From the IMG/VR virus record IMGVR_UViG_3300045911_000087, positions 1 to 56,011 of that record: DNA of 56,011 nt; one strand, given 5' to 3'. Position numbers and translations under genes: made by a program. The notes beneath the pieces are model-generated. The model saw only the letters and a list, made by a program, of their open reading frames with translations. It was not told the DNA's origin and ran no database searches. Positions 1 through 10,197 of the stretch are shown here, piece after piece (the stretch's first letter is position 1; every line of letters begins with the position of its first letter). The stretch comes from a virus. Its lineage: Duplodnaviria > Caudoviricetes.

Positions 1-1020
1 GCGGCAATCTAAGTTCGATGGGTCACTTGCTGTTTGCAGGAAGTTCTTCACTTTCTGGCTCGGCAACAGTCACGGCAGATTCCGAAGTAGCAATAGATGC
101 CTCGACTTCTTTGACTGGCAGCGGCAATCTAAGTTCGATGGGTCACTTGCTGTTTGCTGGAAGTTCTTCACTTTCTGGCTCGGCAACAGTATCCCCAACA
201 GCACAAGTAGCAATAAATGCTACATCGGCTTTGGCCGGTACTGGCTCAGTATCGGCAGTATCGCAAGTTGCAATGCACGCAACTTCGTCTCTGGTTGGCA
301 CAGGTTCTGTCGCAGCAGATTCGCATGTATCATTTGTTGGTGCTTCAACCCTATCTGGTGCTGGCTCAGTATCGGCAGATGGTCAAATAATTGTAGTTGG
401 TGCCGCATCGCTTGCAGGTAGCAGTGATGTAAGTTCTGTAGGTCGTTTGTTATTCGCTGGAATTTCTTCGCTTTCTGGCTCGGCTACGGTTACAGCAGAT
501 TCCGAAGTAGCAATAAATGCGGCATCGGCTCTGTCTGGCAGTGGCGATCTAAGCTCCACAGGGCATTTGTTGTTTGCTGGAAACTCTTCGCTTTCTGGCT
601 CAGCAACTATAAGTCCTTCTGCTTTGATTGTGATTAGTGGCGAAGCGTCTCTATCGGGATCGGCCACAGTTGTAGCGGATTCTGAGGTTGCAATAAACGC
701 AACTTCGGCCTTGTCAGGCACGGGTTCGGTATCGGCAGTTTCACAAGTTGCAATGCACGCAACTTCGGCTTTGTCGGGTACAGGCTCAGTATCGGCAGTT
801 TCGCAAGTTGCAATGCACGCAACTTCGTCTTTGTCAGGTACGAGTTCTGTCACAGTAGATTCCGAAGTAGCCATAAATGCAGCATCGGCTCTGTCTGGTT
901 CTGCAACAGTGTCGGCAGTTTCGCAAGTTGCAATGCACGCAACTTCGGCTTTGTCAGGTACGAGTTCTGTCACAGTAGATTCCGAAGTAGCCATAAATGC
1001 AACTTCGGCGTTAGCCAGCA
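1..1020 (+). repeat. Coding tandem repeat, 60-nt period
   Basis: 1-70 and 121-190 differ at one base; 841-880 and 961-1000 are identical. Confidence 0.9.
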
Positions 1021-2018
1021 GTGGCACCATATCCGCAGCAGCAGAAATATTGGTAACTGCCAGTGCTTCTCTGGTTGGTTCGTCAACCGTTTCTTCTACG
1101 GCTCAAGTTTTGCGTTATGCCACGGCTGATTTGTCTGGCACGGCCAATGTTTCGTCTGAGGCGAGAGTTGATTATCTTGCAGCTTCTTCGTTGTCTGGCA
1201 CAGCCAATATAAATGCTGTTTCGCAAGTTGCAATAAATTCAACTTCATCTTTGAGCGGAAGTGCGTCTGTTGATGCTGTCGCAGAAGTTACAATGTACGC
1301 AACATCGGCGTTGAACGGAAGTGCAAATATTTCTGCTTCTGCTCAGTCGGCCATCAACGCAACATTGTCTATTTCAGGCACAGGCAATTTGGTTGCAAAT
1401 TCTTCTGTGTCAATGTATTCCTCGGCATCGTTGTCTAATGCGTCAAATATCTCTGCAATTGGCAGAAATATTATCGGTGCAACATCGAATTTGTCTGGCT
1501 CTGCAATATTCACTGCGGATTCGGAAGTAGCAATAAATGCCTCTATTTCGACAATTGGCACTGCGGAAATTAGTGCAGAACCGACAATAAGAGGACTTAT
1601 TTTCTCGCAATTGTTCTGTACAAGCGATTTAACGGCTTTGGGCGGATTCGCAAAGATTGCAAATATCAGTATTTCTGGCGAATCAGTTATTTCTGCAATG
1701 CCAAGCAAAGCAATTGCTTATCAGAAAAAATCACAGTTCTCAGTTGGCGATACTGTTTCGGATTCTTCCGGCAAAACCTACAAAATCGTTTATGTTTCTA
1801 TAGTTGGAAACAAATACGATAAGGTTTTGGGAGAACGTATGGGCAAAGTTTATGATTTGACTAATGATGTTTACCAAAATGGCGAAGCGGCTGATGTTTC
1901 TACTCGACAAGAAATGGCGATTTTGTCGAGTGCCCAAAGGAATTTAGACAAGTTGTCTAAGATAAACTCCTTTATTGAACCGCATTCTGGCAGACAGAAA
2001 GTTTTGGTGAAAGGGTAA
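18..2018 (+). CDS. Ser/Ala/Gly-rich tandem-repeat protein, probably virion/fibre; 5'-truncated by the window edge
   Basis: About 20-aa repeats (e.g. SSLSGSATVTADSEVAINA) over roughly the first 550 aa, then a unique C-terminus. The frame is open to the window start. Confidence 0.7.
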   Translation: MGHLLFAGSSSLSGSATVTADSEVAIDASTSLTGSGNLSSMGHLLFAGSSSLSGSATVSPTAQVAINATSALAGTGSVSAVSQVAMHATSSLVGTGSVAADSHVSFVGASTLSGAGSVSADGQIIVVGAASLAGSSDVSSVGRLLFAGISSLSGSATVTADSEVAINAASALSGSGDLSSTGHLLFAGNSSLSGSATISPSALIVISGEASLSGSATVVADSEVAINATSALSGTGSVSAVSQVAMHATSALSGTGSVSAVSQVAMHATSSLSGTSSVTVDSEVAINAASALSGSATVSAVSQVAMHATSALSGTSSVTVDSEVAINATSALASSGTISAAAEILVTASASLVGSSTVSSTAQVLRYATADLSGTANVSSEARVDYLAASSLSGTANINAVSQVAINSTSSLSGSASVDAVAEVTMYATSALNGSANISASAQSAINATLSISGTGNLVANSSVSMYSSASLSNASNISAIGRNIIGATSNLSGSAIFTADSEVAINASISTIGTAEISAEPTIRGLIFSQLFCTSDLTALGGFAKIANISISGESVISAMPSKAIAYQKKSQFSVGDTVSDSSGKTYKIVYVSIVGNKYDKVLGERMGKVYDLTNDVYQNGEAADVSTRQEMAILSSAQRNLDKLSKINSFIEPHSGRQKVLVKG

Positions 2019-2021
2019 ATA
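2016..2021 (+). promoter_or_regulatory. Putative late promoter TAAATA, 4 nt before the ATG
   Basis: Resembles T4 late TATAAATA; the same spacing recurs at 12397, 14716 and 18375(-). Confidence 0.55.
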
Positions 2022-2025
2022 AAGT

Positions 2026-2322
2026 ATGAACAAATTTAAAGATTATCTGAAAATGCTTAGAGAAGATGCAGCCCCACCAGCCCCTCCCGGTGGAGCAGCA
2101 CCACCACCGCCTCCCGGTGGAGCAATGGGTGGAGCGCCGCCCGGAATGCCTCCTGCTGGTGGAATGGGTGCGCCGCCACCGCCAATGGGTGGAGGAATGG
2201 GTGCGCCGCCACCGATGCCCGGTGTCCCCGGTGCGGCTGGCGGGCAAGCTCCACAAAAATTGAAGGCATATAACGTGTGGGATGCTTTGGAAAAGGTTCT
2301 CGGCGGCGAAGATAAAAAATAA
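2026..2322 (+). CDS. Pro/Gly-rich small protein with capsid-targeting-like N-terminus
   Basis: MNKFKDYLKMLRE followed by low-complexity P/G/M sequence. Confidence 0.65.
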   Translation: MNKFKDYLKMLREDAAPPAPPGGAAPPPPPGGAMGGAPPGMPPAGGMGAPPPPMGGGMGAPPPMPGVPGAAGGQAPQKLKAYNVWDALEKVLGGEDKK

Positions 2323-2358
2323 CCTTGAACGAGGGGCTTTTTTCGTTACATTATTCTC

Positions 2359-2670
2359 ATGGGTACAACTCTTGCGAATATCAAACGTGACGAAGAGTAC
2401 GACGTGTTTATCGGTCGTCCTTCCAAATGGGGCAATCCATTCAGTCATTTGCCAAGTACCTTGGCGCAATATAAAGTATCTTGTAGAGAAGAGGCTGTGG
2501 ATAAGTATCGAGAGTGGATACTCACACAGCCTCGTTTGTTGGCGGATTTAGAAGAACTGCGTGGCAAACGACTCGGCTGTTTTTGTGCCCCAAAACTTTG
2601 TCACGGCCACGTCCTCATCGAACTTTTGGAGAATTCTGAGATTTGCGGTATAGATATAAAAAATCACTAA
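2359..2670 (+). CDS. DUF4326-family protein
   Basis: DVFIGRPSKWGNPF and LGCFCAPKLCHGHVL motifs. Confidence 0.85.
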   Translation: MGTTLANIKRDEEYDVFIGRPSKWGNPFSHLPSTLAQYKVSCREEAVDKYREWILTQPRLLADLEELRGKRLGCFCAPKLCHGHVLIELLENSEICGIDIKNH

Positions 2671-2681
2671 AGGATATTTTT

Positions 2682-3224
2682 ATGAAAACTTGTTCTTGTT
2701 GTAAATCGCTTAAATCTTTGGATGAATTCAATAAAAGTAGGAGTTCCAAAGACGGCAAACAATCTTATTGTAAGTTATGTCAGCGATCAAAAACTAAGGA
2801 ATTTTATTTTACGAATAGAGATAAAAGATTGTTGCAAAGAAAGCAATGGCGGGAGTCCAATCGAGACAAAGATAATGCTTCTTTCCAAAGATGGAAAAAG
2901 AAAAACCCCAAATCTTATGATAACTCATGGAAGAAATATAATTCAAAAAGAAGAAGGAATATTTTGTTGAAAGTTTCTGACAATTTGATTTGTGAACGAT
3001 GTGGATGTGATCTTGTTGAGTTGTTAGAAATAAATCACAAAAATGGTGGCGGGCTTAAAGAGGTTGGGAGAAAAAATCAGAAATTTTATACTGCCATATT
3101 GAATGGCAGTAGAACAACCGATGACTTGAACATACTTTGTAAGATGTGTAACATACTTCATTATATTGAAATGAAGTATGGTAAACAACCTTATGTCTTG
3201 AAGTGGGAGCCAAGTAATGAGTAA
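2682..3224 (+). CDS. HNH-type homing endonuclease
   Basis: N-terminal CxxC...YCKLC; C-terminal CERCG...LEINH...LCKMCN. Confidence 0.75.
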   Translation: MKTCSCCKSLKSLDEFNKSRSSKDGKQSYCKLCQRSKTKEFYFTNRDKRLLQRKQWRESNRDKDNASFQRWKKKNPKSYDNSWKKYNSKRRRNILLKVSDNLICERCGCDLVELLEINHKNGGGLKEVGRKNQKFYTAILNGSRTTDDLNILCKMCNILHYIEMKYGKQPYVLKWEPSNE

Positions 3225-4290
3225 AGTTATTTTGTGGTCTGACTTACACGTTCATCCTCACAAAAAGAACTATCAACGAGTTGACCACTGCTTGGCAGTT
3301 GTCGATTGGGTATTTGAAACTGCCAAGAAATACAAAGTTTCAGATATTCTTTTTGGCGGCGATCTTTTTCACGACCGCAAGCTAATTGATGTGCCTACAT
3401 ATCAGGCGACGTTTGAGCGATTTCACAAGCACTTATCTTCCGAAGAATTCGATTTGTATTTATTGCTTGGAAATCATGATATTTGGCTGAACGATAAAAC
3501 AACTGTTTCGAGCGTTTATCCTTTTAATGCTTTACCACGCACGAGGGTCATCGCAACGCCTACTCGTTTGCAAATTGCCGGGGCAAATTGGGATTTTATT
3601 CCGTTTACTCATAATCCCGTTGAAACTCTGGCTGAATTGGCCAAATTGCCGGGTAAGCCCCAATATGCTTTGGGGCATATTGCCGTAAACAATGCGGTTT
3701 TGCATGGCCGGACATTTTCGGAAAATATCACCATCGAGCATGATGGCGATATGGTCAAAGTGGATGCGGCCATTTTTGCAAAATATAAGCGTACTTTCTT
3801 AGGGCATTATCACGTCGCACAGGTTTTAGATCATGGGGTTGAATACATTGGTTCGCCCTTGGAATTGAACTTTGGTGAAGCTGGTGACGAAAAACACATT
3901 ATTCTATTTAACTGTGACTCTAATAGATGCGACTACATTGAAAACGATTTCAGCCCCAAGCACCGCAAAGAGCAAGTAACTAATGTAGACGACTTTTTGA
4001 AGAATAAAGAAGACTTAAAGAATGGATTTGTAAAGATCGTATACGATCCGACTACGGTGGATACTGTAGATGCTTTAAGACTTCGCAAAGAAGTTGAATC
4101 TATGGGTGAATGCCTGAGTTTTGAGTTGGTGCCCAAGAAGATTGAAGTAGACAAACATCAAATTGACGATGCTAGTTCTATTCTAAATCAGGGTGAAATG
4201 GCTCTATCACGATATATTGACCAAGTGGGTGATAAGGGTCTGGATCGTGATAAATTACTTCAAATAGGACAATTGATCTGCAATGGATAA
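3217..4290 (+). CDS. Mre11/SbcD-like recombination nuclease (T4 gp47-like)
   Basis: Metallophosphoesterase motifs DLH, GDLFH, GNHD, GHYH, YIGSP. Confidence 0.9.
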   Translation: MSKVILWSDLHVHPHKKNYQRVDHCLAVVDWVFETAKKYKVSDILFGGDLFHDRKLIDVPTYQATFERFHKHLSSEEFDLYLLLGNHDIWLNDKTTVSSVYPFNALPRTRVIATPTRLQIAGANWDFIPFTHNPVETLAELAKLPGKPQYALGHIAVNNAVLHGRTFSENITIEHDGDMVKVDAAIFAKYKRTFLGHYHVAQVLDHGVEYIGSPLELNFGEAGDEKHIILFNCDSNRCDYIENDFSPKHRKEQVTNVDDFLKNKEDLKNGFVKIVYDPTTVDTVDALRLRKEVESMGECLSFELVPKKIEVDKHQIDDASSILNQGEMALSRYIDQVGDKGLDRDKLLQIGQLICNG

Positions 4291-4942
4291 GGTATTTACT
4301 TGTTTTGATAACATATATTTCAATGGATTTGGCATATCTTGGATAGCCTCGCTAAGAACTCTTGGTGGCTATAATGGTCCGATTTATGCCATTTCCTTTG
4401 ATAATCTTTCTCAATATTTGGTTGATAAATTAGTGGGCGAAAAAGTTTTTCTTTTGAATGCACATGACAAGCCCAAGAATCGAGAAACCGTTTTTGATAT
4501 AGTTCAAAAAGAAGCCACCGGCGATTTTGCTTATTGGGATATAGACGGTTATTTTATCAACTCGATAGAAAGTTTGCCCATTAAGGATAAACTTTTGTTT
4601 GTCAATTCGGTAAATGGCTTTTTTGCTGGGAATCCAAAATCTTTGTCTGTTTGCTCTGAATACGACAGGCTTTGTGATTTTTGTGGTTTCAAAAGAAATT
4701 TCGACGTTCATAAATACTTTCCCAACTTAGTGGACTTTGTAGGAAGCGAATGGAATTACCATCAGGTAAACCGCCCCTTTCCGAAAGGCACTAAGTTTGT
4801 TCATTTTGCAGGTGAAATGAAAAACCTCGTGAGAGAAAATCTTTCTTTCGAGGCCAAATATCCAGAAATACACAAAGAGTGGGCTGCGAAATTTCACATC
4901 TCGACGGCCAAGAAATTATTCAGGAAAATAAGAAATGAGTGA
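4283..4942 (+). CDS. Putative glycosyltransferase (GT-A-like)
   Basis: YWDIDG (DxD), NGFFAG, EWNY, FVHFAG pattern resembling GT8-like enzymes. Confidence 0.55.
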   Translation: MDKVFTCFDNIYFNGFGISWIASLRTLGGYNGPIYAISFDNLSQYLVDKLVGEKVFLLNAHDKPKNRETVFDIVQKEATGDFAYWDIDGYFINSIESLPIKDKLLFVNSVNGFFAGNPKSLSVCSEYDRLCDFCGFKRNFDVHKYFPNLVDFVGSEWNYHQVNRPFPKGTKFVHFAGEMKNLVRENLSFEAKYPEIHKEWAAKFHISTAKKLFRKIRNE

Positions 4943-5753
4943 TTTGTTTCTTACATGGGCAAGCAATTGTACTAATCAGAACATATCTGAGTATCTAGTT
5001 TATTTTAAATCGTTAAAGGATAAGTCACAGACTTCGGAAGTTGTTTGTTTGACGAACAATCTCGCTCCCGAACACGAACATGAAATAATTGCCACAGGCT
5101 GTCGAGTCAAAAAATTGGATTTGCCTTGTGAAAATGTTTTGCGGGATAGATGGCTTCATTATTGGAAGTATTTGTGTTCTACAACAATTGAGTACGATTG
5201 TGTTTTGATTTCCGATTCGAGGGACGTTCTGGTTCAGGGCGATCCCTTTTTGTTTTTAAGGCACGCTTGGAAGTCGAAGCTCATTGTGACTTCCGAAGGA
5301 TTCCACCATTCCGAAAGTCAGTGGAACATGGTCGAGCAGTTTGAGGCACAGAAGTCGGTGGGTGACTTCAATCGTAATCATTTTTTCTGGCCTGTCGTCA
5401 ATGGTGGCGTCGTACTCGGCAGAAGTGCTTTTGTGAAAAACTTTTGTTTTCTTATTTGGTCGGCGGTATTGAGAACTCGTGCGATGTGTACCGATCAGGG
5501 AGTGATAAACTACTTAATGTCATTCCTCAAAGAAGACTCAGAGTATTTGATCGCTGATCCTCATAGCTCATTACTCTGTATTACAGGAGAAGGGATAAAA
5601 CAAAACCTTTTGAAATTCACCCCTAGTTTCCACGACGGCAAAATTTGCAACTCGGATGGACAGCCATATATCTTGTTTCATCAGTGGGACCGCACGAATT
5701 TTAAAGAAGAGATATTGAGCAGGCATGGCGCAAGAAGTATACTTTTCGCATGA
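4935..5753 (+). CDS. Putative glycosyltransferase (GT-A-like)
   Basis: ISDSRDV.VQGDPF, VNGGV, DQGVINY, HQWDR motifs. Confidence 0.65.
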   Translation: MSDLFLTWASNCTNQNISEYLVYFKSLKDKSQTSEVVCLTNNLAPEHEHEIIATGCRVKKLDLPCENVLRDRWLHYWKYLCSTTIEYDCVLISDSRDVLVQGDPFLFLRHAWKSKLIVTSEGFHHSESQWNMVEQFEAQKSVGDFNRNHFFWPVVNGGVVLGRSAFVKNFCFLIWSAVLRTRAMCTDQGVINYLMSFLKEDSEYLIADPHSSLLCITGEGIKQNLLKFTPSFHDGKICNSDGQPYILFHQWDRTNFKEEILSRHGARSILFA

Positions 5754-7777
5754 AGACTACACGCATAAATTATCTCGCCATGACCAACTTCATCTGCTTC
5801 CGAGAGAAGCAGGAGATATTTTTTGACAAGCTCTCAAATATCATCTCGGTCGTAGGTGAGAACAGGGATGCCAAAAGTCCCGATTCAAAAATAAAGTCCA
5901 GTAACGGCTCTGGAAAGAGTACCGTTGCTGAAGCTCTCTATTATGCGATCTTCGGGGAAACGATCAAAAAGTTTGGTAAGAATAGCCAAATTATTCACAA
6001 CTTGGCTCCCGATGGCGTTGCGACCGTTGAATGTATTTTCAACGACGAATATCGCATTGTACGGACTCAAAAGAAAACCGGAGCCGGTGTGCGACTCTGG
6101 CAGAGTAAGAATCAAGTCTGGGATAAAGACACAGAAATTACTCGTTCAACAAAGGCCGAAACTGACAAATATATTGTCGAGTTGGTCGGACTTTCTCCCG
6201 AAGCGTTTGTCAATATCGCTCTTTTCTCCGACGACCAAAAAGGTTGTTTTTTAGAGTGCGATGCAAAAGCCAAGCGGGATGTTGTCGAGGCTCTTATGTC
6301 TCTTGCGATTTATCGTGAGCGACAAGAAAAGGCCAACCAATTGGTGAATTCCACCAAGGCTGAGATTAAGGAATTGAAGCGATTGCATCAGGCCATAGAA
6401 GATAACTTGGCAAGTTGCAAGGCCGCATATAACGATTCTGTAAACAAAGACGAACAATGGAAGGTCGCTCTCAAACAAGAGCGTGACAATTTAATCAAAA
6501 AGGCAAAAGCAAAAAGGGAAGAGCTTGAGTCTTCTGACGTGGGTGCAGAATTGTTGCTATATCAAGCAGCACAGGAAAGAATCCCTACGTTGGAAAAAGA
6601 AATCGCCAACTTAGAAGCGTCTCAGGAAATCCTCAAGAAAAAGATTGAGGTTTCGGGGAAACTTTTGGAAGAGCGGCGTCGTGAGCAGGGTGAATTGCTT
6701 ACGAATCTAAAGGATTTCAATCGACGGATGAGTTCCAATAATGGAGAAGTCGATAAGCTAATTCAACACATTAAAGACTTGCAGGCGAACAAACACGGTA
6801 CTAAGTGCAATCACTGCTTTGGTGTAGTAGATTTCTCGAATATTGAGCCGCTTATTCAGTCGGACAAAGACAAAATCGAGGAATATAACAAGCTGATTGC
6901 TGCCGACAAAGAAGAAGTAAAAGTTTTGCAAGAAATCGGCACCAAGCGTAAAGCCGAAATTGAGGCCATTGAAGCCCAGCGGAAAAAGGATGATGAGGAT
7001 TATCGTGCCGCCGATTCGAGTCTCAAGAAATTGCGTGCGGATTTGACTCGTGATTTGGGCGTAAAAGAGCCTCAAGCGGATTCCAAAGCCCTTGTTTTGA
7101 AGAATGAAATTGAGCGATTAAAAACAGAAGCCAAAGAGAAGAACGACCAGTTTAATTCGGGGGTCACTCCGTTTGTTGATCTTATCGCTTCTAACAAGAA
7201 GCGTATGGAAGATGTTGCTATTTCTTTGGCCGAACACGAAAAAAACATGAAGCAGGCCGAAGCCAATATTCCTTATTATGAATATTGGCGTATTGGATTT
7301 GGGGATAATGGCATTCGTCAAAGTATCCTTGAGGGCATCATTCCTGTATTGAACCAATGTATCGCAAGCTGGTTACAACCCCTCGTCGCTAATACCATTA
7401 CTTTGAAGTTTAATGCCAACCTCGAAGAGACTATTGAAAGGAATCCCCCTGATGGTGATCCCTATGTTTATAGTGGCATGTCTGCCGGTCAAAGACGGCG
7501 ACTAAATCTTGCTGTATCGCAAGCATTTGCTGATATTATGGCCGTTAGTAATGGGACCAGACCTTCATTGGTTTTCTTAGACGAAGTTACTACGAATATC
7601 GACCCAATGGGCGTACAAGGCATATACAACATGATCCAAGATTTATCAAAAGATAAACAGGTGTTCGTCACCACTCACGATCATGATCTACTTGAAATGC
7701 TCGAAAATGCAGACACTATTAAACTTGTTCACGAGGGTGGAAAGACCACCATCGAAACAATTACTTGCAAAAAATAA
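5750..7777 (+). CDS. Rad50/SbcC-like ATPase (T4 gp46-like)
   Basis: Walker A NGSGKST, long coiled coil with CNHC hook, MSAGQ signature, LDEV Walker B, TTH. Confidence 0.92.
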   Translation: MKTTRINYLAMTNFICFREKQEIFFDKLSNIISVVGENRDAKSPDSKIKSSNGSGKSTVAEALYYAIFGETIKKFGKNSQIIHNLAPDGVATVECIFNDEYRIVRTQKKTGAGVRLWQSKNQVWDKDTEITRSTKAETDKYIVELVGLSPEAFVNIALFSDDQKGCFLECDAKAKRDVVEALMSLAIYRERQEKANQLVNSTKAEIKELKRLHQAIEDNLASCKAAYNDSVNKDEQWKVALKQERDNLIKKAKAKREELESSDVGAELLLYQAAQERIPTLEKEIANLEASQEILKKKIEVSGKLLEERRREQGELLTNLKDFNRRMSSNNGEVDKLIQHIKDLQANKHGTKCNHCFGVVDFSNIEPLIQSDKDKIEEYNKLIAADKEEVKVLQEIGTKRKAEIEAIEAQRKKDDEDYRAADSSLKKLRADLTRDLGVKEPQADSKALVLKNEIERLKTEAKEKNDQFNSGVTPFVDLIASNKKRMEDVAISLAEHEKNMKQAEANIPYYEYWRIGFGDNGIRQSILEGIIPVLNQCIASWLQPLVANTITLKFNANLEETIERNPPDGDPYVYSGMSAGQRRRLNLAVSQAFADIMAVSNGTRPSLVFLDEVTTNIDPMGVQGIYNMIQDLSKDKQVFVTTHDHDLLEMLENADTIKLVHEGGKTTIETITCKK

Positions 7778-7900
7778 CTTGCCTTTCGACGTGTTTATCG
7801 CTATTATTTCCTTCCCAAAATAATAGTTTGAAAAATTGCTTCATAACACTTAGATACCTTCCCAGCAAACATACAAAGAGGAAAAGAAAGGTAAAGTTCT

Positions 7901-10132
7901 ATGTCAATTAAAGCACTGCAAGAGTACACATACGTCAGCAAATATGCCAGATTTAACGTCAATGAGAAGAGAAGAGAAACATACTACGAAGCCACTGATC
8001 GTGTAAGAAATATGCATCTTTTGAGGTTTCCTCAAGCCGAAGAGGAAATCATGGATGCGTTTGAAGTGGCCAAAATGAAGCGAGTTCTTGGCTCTCAACG
8101 GGCCTTGCAATTCGGCGGTACGCCAATATTGAAAAAGAATGCTCGTATTTACAATTGCATTGCATCTTATTGCGACCGCCCACGATTTTTTCAAGAATGC
8201 TTCTGGCTTCTTCTATGCGGGTGTGGCACTGGATTTTCTGTTCAAAAGCATCACATCGCCAAGCTGCCAGACTTCCACTCCATCAACTTGGGGAAGAAGA
8301 AGACGTTTGTAATCCCAGACACCATCGAAGGTTGGGCAGATGCGTTAGGCATTTTAGTTGCCAGTTATATGCCTCATCCAGAATTTGAGGAATGGGCTGG
8401 CTACGATGTTGAATTTGATTTTTCTGAAATCCGCCCAGCCGGTTCTATTTTGGCATCGGGTGTAGGTAAAGCTCCCGGTCCTGATCCTTTGCATCGCTCT
8501 CTCAAGGTCATTAAGAGCCTTTTTCAAGAGCGTATTGCCCTTGGATATGAACGCTTGCGCCCTATCGACGCTTATGACATTATCATGCACGCATCCGATG
8601 CTGTGCTGAGTGGTGGTGTACGTCGTTCAGCTACTTTGTGTATGTTTTCGTATGACGATGAAGAAATGGTCAATGCGAAAACGGGCAATTGGTTTACAGA
8701 AAATCCTCAACGTGCCAGATCGAATAATTCGGCTGTTTTGTTGCGGGATAAAGTCACAAAAGAAGAATTTTTTGCGCTCGTAGAAAAGAATAAGCAATTT
8801 GGCGAGCCGGGCTTTATCTGGGTGAGCGATCTTGAAGCTCTCTATAATCCCTGCGTAGAAATTGGTCTATATGCTTATGACGATGAGGGAAATTCTGGAT
8901 GGCAAGCGTGCAATCTCTGCGAAATTAACGGGAAGAAAATCAAAACCAAAGAAGATTTCGCCCTAGCAGCAGTTGCAGCAGCCAGAATTGGCACATTGCA
9001 GGCGTCTTATACAGATTTGGCGTATCTTGGGCCTATTTCCAAGAAGATTATCGAAAAGGAAGCTCTGTTGGGCGTCTCCATCACGGGCATGATGGATAAT
9101 CCCGACGTTCTTTTTGATCCTCAAATTCAAAAAGAAATGGCGGAACTCATTGTCAAAACCAATCGAGAATTCGCCAAGAAAATCGGCATCAATCCTGCCG
9201 CTCGCTGCACATGCGTAAAACCCGCAGGCACAACGAGTTGCGTTCTCGGTACGGCTTCGGGTATTCACCCGCATCACGCCAAGAGATATTTCCGCCGTAT
9301 TCAAGGGAATTGGATGGAACAACCGCTCCAATATTTCAAACAATTTAATCCCTTGGCTGTCGAAAAATCCGTCTGGTCGGCCAACGGTACAGATGAAGTT
9401 ATTTCTTTCTGCGTGGAAGTTCCGAAAGGTGCTAAAACGAAGAATGAGCTTTCTGCCGTCACGTTGCTCGAACACGTTCTGTTGACACAACAGAATTGGG
9501 TGACTTATGGCAAAACTCCCGAATTGTGTTCTAAGCCGTGGCTTACACACAATGTTTCTAATACGATCAATATTCGTCCAGAAGAATGGGATGATGTTGC
9601 GAATTTCATTTACGAAAATCGTGAATATTTTGCGGGCATTGCTTTGCTCCCACAATCTGGTGATTTGGATTATCCGCAAGCCCCAATGTGTACTGTTTAT
9701 AACTCCCGTGAAATCGTACAGCAGTACGGGGAAGGCAGTTTATTTGCCAGTGGTTTAATTGTGGATGGCCTCAGAGCGTATAACGACAATCTTTGGGCTG
9801 CATGTGATGGCGTTCTCGGTCTTGGCGAACCTCTTGTGGAACCCACAAAGCCAGATGATGAAAAAGATTATCCGGCATATGTTGATGCGTTGCAGCTTTT
9901 CCGCTCCAAGATTGATTGGGTGCGTAGAGCGAAGCAATTTGCAGACAGATATTTTGAGGGCGATTATCGAAAGATGACGTATTGCTTGAAGTGCGTCCAC
10001 AATTGGAAGTTGTGGCAAGATTTGACTCGTGAGTACGTCGATGTTGATTTCAGCAAGATGTTTGAAGACGAAGACAACACCAAAGTACAAGAAACAATCG
10101 CTTGTGCGGGTGGAGTTTGCTCTCTAGTTTAA
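7901..10132 (+). CDS. nrdJ: Class II (AdoCbl-dependent) ribonucleotide reductase, monomeric type
   Basis: YNC, GGVRRSA, NPCVE, CNL, TCVKPAGT, YPQAP, C-terminal CAGGVC; no class I YY pair. Confidence 0.85.
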   Translation: MSIKALQEYTYVSKYARFNVNEKRRETYYEATDRVRNMHLLRFPQAEEEIMDAFEVAKMKRVLGSQRALQFGGTPILKKNARIYNCIASYCDRPRFFQECFWLLLCGCGTGFSVQKHHIAKLPDFHSINLGKKKTFVIPDTIEGWADALGILVASYMPHPEFEEWAGYDVEFDFSEIRPAGSILASGVGKAPGPDPLHRSLKVIKSLFQERIALGYERLRPIDAYDIIMHASDAVLSGGVRRSATLCMFSYDDEEMVNAKTGNWFTENPQRARSNNSAVLLRDKVTKEEFFALVEKNKQFGEPGFIWVSDLEALYNPCVEIGLYAYDDEGNSGWQACNLCEINGKKIKTKEDFALAAVAAARIGTLQASYTDLAYLGPISKKIIEKEALLGVSITGMMDNPDVLFDPQIQKEMAELIVKTNREFAKKIGINPAARCTCVKPAGTTSCVLGTASGIHPHHAKRYFRRIQGNWMEQPLQYFKQFNPLAVEKSVWSANGTDEVISFCVEVPKGAKTKNELSAVTLLEHVLLTQQNWVTYGKTPELCSKPWLTHNVSNTINIRPEEWDDVANFIYENREYFAGIALLPQSGDLDYPQAPMCTVYNSREIVQQYGEGSLFASGLIVDGLRAYNDNLWAACDGVLGLGEPLVEPTKPDDEKDYPAYVDALQLFRSKIDWVRRAKQFADRYFEGDYRKMTYCLKCVHNWKLWQDLTREYVDVDFSKMFEDEDNTKVQETIACAGGVCSLV

Positions 10133-10197
10133 TTTACAAAATATAAAATAATTCCTAACATTACTATATAATGTATATGGTATTTTTGGGGATTTTT

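Noticed and set aside
1-1020. CRISPR array or DGR template/variable repeats
   Set aside because: The repeats are in-frame coding units without unique spacers, differences are not adenine-restricted, and no cas or RT gene is in the window.
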